Below, one piece after another: positions 10,701 through 20,200 of a stretch of 64,000 nucleotides of DNA (position 1 is the first letter of the stretch; each line of letters begins with the position of its first letter). The DNA comes from a virus. The DNA lies in the IMG/VR virus record IMGVR_UViG_3300025018_000111, positions 49,941-113,940 of that record. One strand, given 5' to 3'. A program made the translations under genes and the position numbers. The notes below the pieces were generated by a model. That model was not told where the DNA came from. It saw only the letters and a program-made list of their open reading frames with translations, and searched no databases.

Positions 10701-11537
10701 GATCTGGTCAAAGACACCTTAGACAGAAGCGGAAATTCTTTAAATGCCACGAACAATGGTATCACATTCACTCAAAAAACCCTCCCGTCCGCTTATTCTT
10801 TCGGCACTGATTTAGGATCGGATGGAATCATAAGTAAAACATCAAAGTTTGAAGGCAATGAATGGGGGGCTGTATTTGACGCAAATTCTTATATTAATAT
10901 TGGCGATCGAAAAAAACTAAAGATCACTATAGAACCTTTCGAGATTGAAGCTACTATCAGACTAACTGGAACTGGAGCTTACGACATATTCTCAAAATAT
11001 CAAACCGCATCCAATAAGAGATGTTATAGGTTTTACGTGTCGAATGGAGAACTGTTTTTTACAACAACCTCAAACGGATCTACGACTGCAACATTGATAG
11101 GGTCTGTGAGTGTGAATGATGGTGAGTGGCACAAAGTAAAAGCCGTGAGAGAAACTGCGTCTTCAACAACTGTAAAATTGTATATAGACTCGGTCGAGGA
11201 TACCGGAACTGCTGGAGCAATTGATTCGTCAATTTTCGATTCTAATAGCTTCGCAAGTATCGGGGCTTACAATTTGGACGCAACTCCTGCTGGAGAGTTC
11301 GATGGGAATATTCGGGATTTAAAAGTCACTGTGGGAGGAGTTGTTGTCGGACATTGGGAATTAAGTAAAGATACGAGAGATTCTTCTCCAAATGATTATC
11401 ACGGAGAGAATACGGGCGTTACTTTTTATTCTCCAATCTCAGAATATTCGATGAATATTTTTAGTCAAGATCCTTTCAGTAAGTATTCTCAATTCGGTAA
11501 AAAATATAACAAATCAAGGTTATACGAAAATTTCTAA
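7701..11537 (+). CDS. multi-LamG/concanavalin-like domain fibre or decoration protein
   Basis: Four LamG-like repeats (YHLVLVR..VTLYIDG; WNHYAFTF..VKLYNNG; WNHYLATF..VKLYING; WHKVKAVR..VKLYIDS) plus a spike-fibre-like domain (NLVQSS...GDGWYLV...APQLEAG). Confidence 0.8.
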   Translation: MAYDFSKGLKRYGKIGSVNRGDGLSGIKSGPNSPFVPRKNPHLLAEYFESESTGGDSSRLLDTSRFGTRRTGQEGRGYLYDGVDDYSVMDSEITLSGDFSISWHQKATSFAAPFHVFYKASTDRIYFNGSNSFRFVANNLQSIITISPSLVAGTDYHLVLVRSSGQVTLYIDGVAQADVETNANDFDMLQVSRSDTDKLNAKVFDIRIFDFALTQTEIDFVRTFGRSGTDSGLPIHWWKCDEQAGVIGYDSVGGNNLTHNSITTATFHSTQDIYSFQNQVGYNEGRNLVQSSLTLGTGWGKLNITITSGISDPEGGTNAHKVEATSTSSTSFTQVVPSLAKFSGYYVYSCYIKKGSSATDFGYLNLRINSGPRTGNIATGVINFDTGVLNVTGNANAGGQATIVGDGWYLVEIYDDTIVAGDAARIYIATGGGSSNSGIFAYFYAPQLEAGTQRGLTQLTGVYYITEDTILPSDESDPTKDVLGNPLTYTGRRPNDAALINSNCVTINGTNQIVLVPHSSDLDISDNLTVSVWAKNNDSALSGAVEYLLSRYATTSSKRIWGLAVISAGNYLSAQIGNSAGTSATTQVSTNAVVPDAWNHYAFTFSGGVVKLYNNGALLSSAGAGHMVTLYDTDVDLSLGSSFSIEPATTNRWDGQIFDARIYAGDSTVLTDAQILSIYENPTGNINFDGQTLAAHYKLAEGAGVTCYDSSGNGNHGTITKAVNNWGVTQDLVHSNLLNGFSLYEHASSDPIRVPFDSTGNPISITPPTGYTLTGHFPSGSYHNNAEAEIDFNPDSTPEMTNIYTESVFNGTSSHAYVTNNSVLNFTDNLSVSCWAKHDSQDISTQSDTLVSMYENTGNLQVWRMEITTDQLFRFMIGNSAGSGMTNETADVAHPIDSWNHYLATFDEGVVKLYINGELQSSTTSSAHAASLNGRSGPLVLGAFNWSAGGGSQQGWDGSIRNIRIYKGDSSPLSSSQISRDMMETESQPRFDDQTVIASYDLVKDTLDRSGNSLNATNNGITFTQKTLPSAYSFGTDLGSDGIISKTSKFEGNEWGAVFDANSYINIGDRKKLKITIEPFEIEATIRLTGTGAYDIFSKYQTASNKRCYRFYVSNGELFFTTTSNGSTTATLIGSVSVNDGEWHKVKAVRETASSTTVKLYIDSVEDTGTAGAIDSSIFDSNSFASIGAYNLDATPAGEFDGNIRDLKVTVGGVVVGHWELSKDTRDSSPNDYHGENTGVTFYSPISEYSMNIFSQDPFSKYSQFGKKYNKSRLYENF

Positions 11538-11540
11538 AAT

Positions 11541-12140
11541 ATGAAAACAATTAAGGTAACAGGTCCACACGTTTTATTTTCTAGATCAAGCCCATTTTAT
11601 GATGACTTAGTAGAACTTTCTACAAGAGATTCCACGAACAGACTTCATCCAAGAGATAGGCATTTTACTCTGCCCAATGGATCGAAAGTAAAAGTTGAAG
11701 TCTATAACAAAGTCTATAAGCACGGAGACTTTTCCGTGGCATATTTAGACGGAGAATCATCGTTCTCGATGAATGACATGACAGGATGGAGCAACAGTCA
11801 CCCAATGGCGAATGTTTACGATGCGCCGGTATTTATCAGCTTGTCACAAGACGAATATAATAATTCCTCGGTTCCGAGTGGAGTATATAATTATAATCAA
11901 GAACTTCTGGACGACGAATCAAATGTCACAGGTTATGAAACTAAAACTTGGGGACAATGGATTTCAGGAATGCCGAATCGTTATCCACAAAATCTTCAAG
12001 ATGATAAAATCGGATTCGCTCTCAGTACACAAACTGATTATCTCGACGGAAAGCAAATTTATACAATCGCAAGCGCGGGATTCACGGTCTTGAAACAAGA
12101 AGATTATCAGAACGCTCAGATAATTTCAAATCAAATATAA
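11541..12140 (+). CDS. hypothetical protein
   Basis: 199-aa ORF directly after the fibre gene. Confidence 0.6.
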   Translation: MKTIKVTGPHVLFSRSSPFYDDLVELSTRDSTNRLHPRDRHFTLPNGSKVKVEVYNKVYKHGDFSVAYLDGESSFSMNDMTGWSNSHPMANVYDAPVFISLSQDEYNNSSVPSGVYNYNQELLDDESNVTGYETKTWGQWISGMPNRYPQNLQDDKIGFALSTQTDYLDGKQIYTIASAGFTVLKQEDYQNAQIISNQI

Positions 12141-12149
12141 TATAAAATT

Positions 12150-12368
12150 ATGGAAAAAGGAAACGGGTCAAAAGATTATGTCAAATTCCACATTTTGAGA
12201 AGCAATACTCTACTATACAAAAGTTTTTTAGAAATACTGGAGGATATTAGAGATTCCAAATCTCCATTATCTGATAATGATTATCAAAGATATAGGAAAA
12301 GAATCTTAGACAAAGGAAATGATTGTGCAAGAGATTCAAATTCAGTGATAGAAGATTTTCTTAATTGA
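12150..12368 (+). CDS. hypothetical protein
   Basis: 72-aa helical ORF filling the gap. Confidence 0.55.
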   Translation: MEKGNGSKDYVKFHILRSNTLLYKSFLEILEDIRDSKSPLSDNDYQRYRKRILDKGNDCARDSNSVIEDFLN

Positions 12369-12412
12369 TTTTTAAGAAAATGTGTATAATAATTTAAGGA
12401 AAAAGGCAAAAA

Positions 12413-13213
12413 ATGAAAAAACTATATTCGTTCACTCACGATCTTGTTAAAGAAGTAAAAGTCCCTGAAAAAAAGGGAGATCAGGAAATTCTTGTTAAAA
12501 AGGAAGAAAAAGTTCCACACAAATTTATTCTTCGTAAACCTTCTCGAACAATGATTGACGATTCCGAATTCTTTCAAAAGAAAGAGTTTAACAAATGTGT
12601 CAAATCTGGAATCTTGACTTCGGCTCAAGTTACTCGCGATGTTAATAATGACGGAGGAATCTTTTCCGAAAATCAAAAGAAAAAAATCGAAGAGGTAACT
12701 CAGACTATCAAGTCCCTCTCTGAAAGGAAAGAGGAATTGGATAAGAAAGAGAAAAAGACAAAGAAAGAAGAGGAGGAACTGAAAGAAATCCTAGAAAAGA
12801 TGAACAAAAATATTGATGAGATTGAGAATATTCAGTCTTTGTCTTATCGTGTTTTCGATAATACCGCAGAAATCTATACTCGAAACAAATTGATTAACTG
12901 GTGGTTGGTTCATCTGTTGTACGAAGAAGTGGATGGAAAAATGGTTCCTTTCTTCGGAGATGGGAACGAGGATGACAAGTTTAAAAAATATGATGAACTC
13001 GAAGAAGAGGAAGAAGAATCTTTTTCCGAATTTTTTGAATCCATGATTAAGAGAGTCGTTTCTTTAGTTGTGTTCTGGTATATGAGCGAAGAAACCCCAG
13101 ACCAAAAAACATTCGAGATCATTGATCCGGCGTTAGAAAAAAAGAAGGAAGACGGGAAGGCAAAGAACAAGAAAAAAGACGAGGAGAATGAACAAAAAAA
13201 CAGCGAATCTTAA
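12413..13213 (+). CDS. putative tail assembly chaperone
   Basis: Charged, coiled-coil 266 aa between tube and tape measure genes; TGTGTATA motif variant at 12381. Confidence 0.5.
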   Translation: MKKLYSFTHDLVKEVKVPEKKGDQEILVKKEEKVPHKFILRKPSRTMIDDSEFFQKKEFNKCVKSGILTSAQVTRDVNNDGGIFSENQKKKIEEVTQTIKSLSERKEELDKKEKKTKKEEEELKEILEKMNKNIDEIENIQSLSYRVFDNTAEIYTRNKLINWWLVHLLYEEVDGKMVPFFGDGNEDDKFKKYDELEEEEEESFSEFFESMIKRVVSLVVFWYMSEETPDQKTFEIIDPALEKKKEDGKAKNKKKDEENEQKNSES

Positions 13214-14150
13214 AAAGATTTTCTCTGAGATTTTGTTTGGATATTCCTCGTGTAACTACAAAGACCGAAAATTTAAAATAAGACATCTAACTCCAAAAGA
13301 AGATATGGAGTTAGATTTTTATTATCAGTGTGTAGAGGACGAGGCGGAGGAGAAAGGATACCCAACAGAAGAGGAGAAAGTTGAGGAATTGATTTCGGTC
13401 GGCTCTTGGTCTAAAGAAAAAGACGAGGAAATTAAAAGGGATCAAGAACATCTAAAAGGAATCATCAAAACTAAGGAAAAATTGTTCCAAAAAAGAATGA
13501 TTGAGGAATTGGAAAAGAGTGAGGAAAAGGTCAAAAAGAAAATCCAAGATCTTCAGCTTGAAAGATATAATTTATTGTATCCTACAAGAGAGGACTATAT
13601 TAACAAAAGAATAAACGACTATTATATTTTCTTATCATTAGTAGATTATGATGGGAGCCAGATTTTTGAGTCATTTTCAGAATTTGACGAAGAAGATGAT
13701 GATGTAATTATCAATTATAGAGACCTGTTTTTAGACGTTTATAGAAGGATCAGCTATGATAATATTAAGAAAATATCCGTATCTCAATTTTTTCTAGAAC
13801 TTTTCATTTGTTGCGGTGACAATCCGATGACTTTTTACGGAGAAAGCGTGAAAAATCTCACTAATTTCCAAGTCTTGTTATTCAACACGGGTAAAAAATA
13901 CAAAGATTTGATCCAGAATAGCGATTCAGAAATTCCTCAAGAGTATTTTGAAGATCCCGACAAGTTAATCGCCTTTGTTAATAAGTCCAAAAATGAACAA
14001 GAGGCAGAATCTAAAAACAAATTTGATAACAGAGGAATTATGGACGATGGATTAGACTCTGAATTTAATAAAAAGATGAGAGAAAAAGCCAAAGCGAACG
14101 GGGGTCAACTCGGAATGGAAGAGTTGATGAAAATGCACTCTGGATTCTAG
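13188..14150 (+). CDS. putative second tail assembly chaperone
   Basis: 320 aa immediately before the tape measure gene; GAGGAG just upstream of its ATG. Confidence 0.5.
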   Translation: MNKKTANLKKIFSEILFGYSSCNYKDRKFKIRHLTPKEDMELDFYYQCVEDEAEEKGYPTEEEKVEELISVGSWSKEKDEEIKRDQEHLKGIIKTKEKLFQKRMIEELEKSEEKVKKKIQDLQLERYNLLYPTREDYINKRINDYYIFLSLVDYDGSQIFESFSEFDEEDDDVIINYRDLFLDVYRRISYDNIKKISVSQFFLELFICCGDNPMTFYGESVKNLTNFQVLLFNTGKKYKDLIQNSDSEIPQEYFEDPDKLIAFVNKSKNEQEAESKNKFDNRGIMDDGLDSEFNKKMREKAKANGGQLGMEELMKMHSGF

Positions 14151-14153
14151 AAT

Positions 14154-14161
14154 AGTGTATT
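14154..14161 (+). promoter_or_regulatory. AGTGTATT candidate phage promoter motif
   Basis: Intergenic, upstream of the tape measure gene. Confidence 0.55.
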
Positions 14162-14204
14162 TTAAGGTATAATTCTTTTTTTTAATTTTTAGGCATAGGG
14201 TAAT

Positions 14205-17200
14205 ATGAGCCAACAGTCAGAAACTTTCAATATTAAGGCTATCGCCGACTTTTCTCAACCATTGAGAGAAGCGGAACGAGTGAGGAGCAAACTGGATAAG
14301 GAGATTGGCTCTGCGTTCAGGAATATGGAAAGGGGATTTGCTCAACCATTAGGGCATATTACTGGACGTGTTGACCAATTCTCATCTTCTTTAGAAGCGT
14401 CTAATGCTCGTGTTTTGGCGTTTGGAGCTTCTGCTGGTATTATTTTTCAAGTATCCAAGGCTTTCAAGGAATTGTTTAAAAATACAATTCAAGTTGAAAA
14501 GTCAATGGCCGATATCCAAGTTGTGATGAACGCCAATGTTAGAGAACTTGAAAATTATAGATCCAATATCTTTAAGATAGCCAAACAGACTGGGCAAAGT
14601 TTCTTCGAGGTCTCAAAAGCGGCAACAGAGTTGGCTCGCCAAGGTTTAACAACAGAGAAGACTCTTGTAAGGCTCAAGGATGCCCTTGTATTGAGCAGAT
14701 TGAGTGGTATGGACACAATGGATGCCGTGGATGCCTTAACTGCTGCTATCAACGGATTTGGGGAAGCAGTGGTCAATTCTACGAGATTGGTAGATAAGTT
14801 TGCCGAGGTTGATCAAAAATTTGCTGTAAGCTCCAAGGATTTAGCAGAAGCATTTAAACGAGTAGGAAGTACTGCTGTTGACGCAGGAGTAAATATCGAC
14901 GAATTGATTGCTCTCGTAACGACTGCCCAACAAGTTACGGCGCGTGGGGGAAGTGTTATTGGTAACAGTTTAAAAACCATTTTTACCAGATCCCAACGTC
15001 CTCAAGTTTTGGACGATTTAGAAAAAGCCGGAATCCAAACTAAAAAATTCTCTGGAGAATCTTTAAGCGCAATTGATGTTCTAAAAAATCTCGCCAACAC
15101 TTATGATAAATTAACATCATCTAATAAAAGTTTTGTCTCTGAAACGGTGGGAGGAGTTTTCCAAATCAACGTCTTGAAAGCATTGCTGAAAGATATGGGT
15201 GGGGAATTTAGTAACTACGAAAGCGCGTTAAAAACTTCCGAGAATGCTGCTGGAGCTGCTGCTAAAAAGAATGAGCTTCTCAATAAAACCTTATCATCTT
15301 TAATCAACGTTTCTGTTGAAAACTTTAGAGAACTTTCAGTAGTGATCGGCGAATTTGCTGTTAAACCAATAGTAGAAAAAACCCTCGGTTCGATCAACTC
15401 TATTGTAGAAACGATTATCAGCAAGAAAAATGAATTTGCTTCAGTATTTGACAGTATAGGGAAGTTCTTATCTGGACCAGTTTTGGGTTTGGTAATTGGG
15501 TCTGTTTCTAAATTATTGTGGACATTCGCCTCTTTTTCTCTAAAAGCTGCTTCAGATATTATAGGTCTCACGAAAAGGTCTGGTGATCTTGCTAAGATAA
15601 CAAGCGTTATATCAGCAACGCTTGAGTCTCAACCCCAGCTTTATCAAAGAATATTGAGTGGGGTGATCAGTGTCCAACAAGCTGAGAGACAAGTATTAGA
15701 TATTCTAAGACAACAGACTGCTGAAAAGGCAAAACTAATGGCATTTTCTTCAGGTGCGGCTTCTTCGGCCTTTGCGTCTGGTGTTAGAGTCGACGCAACC
15801 AAAAGGGTACTAACTGGAAAGGGATTCTCAAAAATACCAAGGTTTGCAGACCCTATAAGGGAGGCGGTTCAGAGAGAAGTTAGATCGGGCGTTCCTGCAT
15901 CATCGGTTAAGATCGGAGTAGATTCTAGGCTTCAATCTCCAATGAATCCCAGAGGGATCGGAGTCTATAATACTATAGACGAGCCAATGGGAATTGGTCA
16001 GGGGATCAATCGAGCCAAGTCTATGGGAATGAATCCTAAGACTCACGGGATTCCGAATTTCGCTACAAGCAAAAAAAACATCTATAACTCCAAAACCGGA
16101 CAAGCTTCTGAAAATGTTTTGTATGGCAAGGGATTAAGAAGAGATCCACTCATGTTGCCTATGGCAAATCTAGGTGGTAATATCTTACAAACTAAGGCCG
16201 ATATAGACAAATATATATCTCAAGAACTAGAAAGAAGACAGGTTTTAACTAAATCCAAGGGAAAATCTCGAGACTTGCATCAGGAATATGTCCAATCGTT
16301 AGATCCTAAATTTAAGTTCCCAGTAAATATTTCTAAAGAAAACGAATCTAATCGTTTAGCTCAAATAGCCGAAGCAGATAGGCAAAAGATGCTGAGGATC
16401 ATGTCCGAAGCATTGCCAGAGGGAGCCTTACTAGGGCCTCCACCGTCTAAGCCTTCTATAAACCCATTGGCCGATTTGGGTCCGGCTATATTTAGGAGCA
16501 AAAGAAAGTCCTCCGAATCTGGATATGTTTTAGGAGGATCTCAAGAGGGATCTGGATTAATACTAAGACCTAATTCCAATGTGGGTCAGGTTCAAGGTCC
16601 AGTTCAGGGACTTTATATTCCAGAAGGAAAACAACAATCTCGTAGATTCTTTGATGAATTCAGAAAGGTTTTACTAGATCCATCTGTTGCCAAGTCAGAG
16701 AAGAAAACAATGATTGATGCGGTCTCTAAGGGAATAGAAAAGGGAAGTGTTTTCTCCATCAATTCCATAGATGAGAAAAAGCTGGGGGAAAAGTATTCCG
16801 TCAAATCGTTTCAAAACTTCTTGAAAGATTTTAAGGGAGAAACTGGCCAATTTAATAAATCCCAGAGGGATGAATTAAAAGACATTATCTATAATCAAGG
16901 ATTGAGTGGGGGGGGAACTTCTCCTCTCTTAAAGGCAGGAGGTTTGAGTTTTAGGGAAAGAAAAAATAATTTTTCCGTAGCCGAAGATGTTGGAAAGATA
17001 AACGAATCTAGAAGCAAAATCCCAGAGTTTGAAACTCCAGAAGAATATAAGAAGAGAGTAAATAGCAAAGATCAGGGTTTTTATGCTAAAAGCCGAAGAA
17101 CTGGCAAAACAATACCTATTAGCGAAACGAGAGCGAACCAGTTAAGGGATGCTTTGGCGAATAGAGAGAGAAGGATAAAAAGAGGAGAATCCCCCTTCGT

Positions 17201-20200
17201 TCCCGTTACTATATCATCCCCATCCGAATTAGCATCTAGAGCAAGAGTAGGGGCAAGAAATCCGAATTCTGGATCTGGCTCCACCACTTCGTTTAGGCAA
17301 GAACTTATTCGCCAAATCCGATCACTAGATCCAAACATCACGTTTTCCTCTGCCGCAAGACTCGCAGATGAACAACTTAGAGCCGGAAGAATGGGAACGG
17401 GTGAAGATGTTATTGGCGCCTACAGAGAAGAACTAAACTCCAAAAGAAGTATTAGTCAGAATTCGGCTGGAATGCCACTGAGAGCGGATCTATCTTCAAA
17501 TAAAAGATACAGATATTCTGAACCGACTGGATCAAGGATATTTTCTGAAAGAATGCCAACATTCGGAAGGGCATCGTCTTATATCGGATCTAAAGTCGGG
17601 TTGTCTTATACTAAATTGAGGAACATGGACCTAATGAACAAGATGATGTCATTGGGAGGGACTGGATCAAGGATATTTTCTGAAAGAATGCCAACATTCG
17701 GAAGGGCATCGTCTTATATCGGATCTAAAGTCGGGTTGTCTTATACTAAATTGAGGAACATGGACCCAATGAACAAGATGATGTTATTGGGAGGGGTCGG
17801 AATGTTGAGTTCAGTAGGGGGAGCAGCATTTGACTCTTCAACTGCATCGAACAATCGGTTGTCAGAAATGGAAAAATCGAATAGGAATCTCATATCGGGT
17901 GGGGTTCAAAATACGATGACTGGCGCGATGATCGGAGCATCATTAACCGCAGGAACGGGATTAGGAATGCTGGGAGGGGCTGCAATCGGAGGTCTTACCG
18001 CCGCAGCATTTTCCATATCGAAAATATTTAAAGAATGGAATGATATTCTTCCAGAGTTTGAAAAAAATCTTTCCGCAACTTATGGCAAGATACAAGGATT
18101 AAACAATGCGTCTCAAGGGATGAACAAAGTTTTGTTTGATCTAGAAAACCCGCCGGAATTTAAAACACCAGAAGAAAGAACCCAATACGCCAAAGAAAAA
18201 ACCAGAGAATTTAAAAATTCCTTAGCCAATACTAGCATATCCCCATCCGCTAAGAAGAAAATATTGGATGCTATGGGTGAGTCTAGAAATTCAGCAGAAT
18301 TGAGACAGACAATATCTGATGTAATAAGCGGAGATATGGCGTCCATCGAACCAAAAAAGAGTTTGGAAGAAGCCATTACTTCTATAACCAAGTACGGGCG
18401 TGGAGAAATGGATACTGTTCCAAATTTGGTTCCAATGTTATCTGGAATTTCCTCTAAATTTGGCACACTCGGTCAGGCTGGGTCTAAACTAACTCCAGAA
18501 CAATTAGAAACCGTTCGCATCAAACTTCAAAATTCTTTAGGAAGAATTGGGGATATAAGGAATAAAACGGCTGCACTTACTCTCCCCCCAGTATTGAGGG
18601 AGTTGGGTCGCGACAGGACTGGCAAAGAGGAAAGTCCTGAAAAGAGAGTATCTAATATAATAGATACTCAGATTTCAGATGTTCTTCAGATAATGGGAGT
18701 AAATAAAACTTCTAACGAGTATCAGAGTCTTATGAAGGCTTTGAGGAATACTCTTAAAAATGGAGTTGATGGGGCTGAAGTGATGGTCAAAGATCTAAAA
18801 TCTATCGCCGAAACGTCCCAGCAAATGGATTCCAAATTTACTGAGTTTCTAGGAGTTGTAGAAAAGGTAGATATTTACGCTCCAAGAGAGGCATTTATCG
18901 AACAACAGAGGGTCGCGAGGGACTTAAGGATCGGTACATCAAGAAATAGATATGAAAATGAGAGATCTATTCGAGATAAACAATTCGCCGAATCATTCTC
19001 TATCGCGGGGCTGTCTGAGAGCGTAATGACTCCGACCGGTAGGCAAATTAGAGAACTTCAACTAAAAAGAAACACCGAAAGGGGTATAGCTCCAATTAGA
19101 GAAAGAATTTTAAAAGATGATCTTTCTGCTGAAATCCAAAATCAGAAAAAGGGATATATTGAATCTATCGGACAAGATGATTCTGAATTTTCTAAACCTA
19201 TTTTAGAAAGATATGACAATTTATTAAATGAAGTAAAAGAAGGAACAGTTAAAAAGGCAGGAGAGTATATAGATTCAGCGTTGTCTGATATAGAAAAATT
19301 ATATAAAGAAACAGAAAGAGGTCAATCCAAGGCAGGAATAGAGTCGTTTGGCAAAATTTCAGAAGCGTTTGAATCATTGCGGCAGCAAGTGGAAAGAACA
19401 AATGACGCTATAGCTGAAAACGAGGCATTAAGTAAACAAAGAGAAGATCTTTTAAGAAAAAGATTAAATCCGTATTTTAGTACTGGGGATATTTTCAGAT
19501 CAGAATCCGCATCAAGTAATGCTACGAGAAGAACCAGTATGGGGTCTGACCCTCAAACAGAGATCAAATCTTCCATGAGAGCGTTTCGTGAAGAAATGGG
19601 TTATACAACTAATGATTTCTACACAGATTTTGAAAATAGTTCCAGAGACGCGGCTCAAACATTCAAAAGCGAATTCAAATCTGCGTTCCAAGATTTTAGA
19701 AGAGGAACTGTTTCGGCGGGTGAAGCGTTGAGGCAGATGGCAATGAACATCCTAGACAGGATTGCCACGAATACCTCAAGTATGGCTATTGACGGATTGA
19801 TGAGCGCCGCTTTCGGAGGTGCCTCTAATATCTTCGCGAGTGTCTCTAAAAATAGGTCCGGCGGAATGATTAGAAAGAGATATGCCACAGGAGGAATGGT
19901 TACTGGAGGCTCAGGGGTCATAGACGACGTTCCAGCATTATTGACGGACGGAGAGATGGTTATCAATAGAGAAGCGGTTAGAACCTATGGTGCGGACTAT
20001 TTCAATAAGATCAACCAAAATCGGGGGGTAACTGGATCTCTGGAAAATCGTTATATATATTTGGATGCGAATGGAAATCCTAGTGCGAATCCAACTCAAG
20101 GACAATCTCGAATAAGCGCAGCACTGTCTAATATTGGAGCAACCAACGATTTGATGAGAGCGAATACCACAAGAATGGATCGTGAGCAAAGATTGGTCAA

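Noticed and set aside
13188-13213. Programmed -1 frameshift joining the two tail chaperone ORFs at the A-rich overlap (CAAAAAAAC)
   Set aside because: The downstream ORF is in the +1 frame, not -1, and has its own GAGGAG and ATG
17526-17795. Diversity-generating retroelement TR/VR pair
   Set aside because: The copies are tandem and in frame, the two mismatches go in opposite directions, and no reverse transcriptase is present
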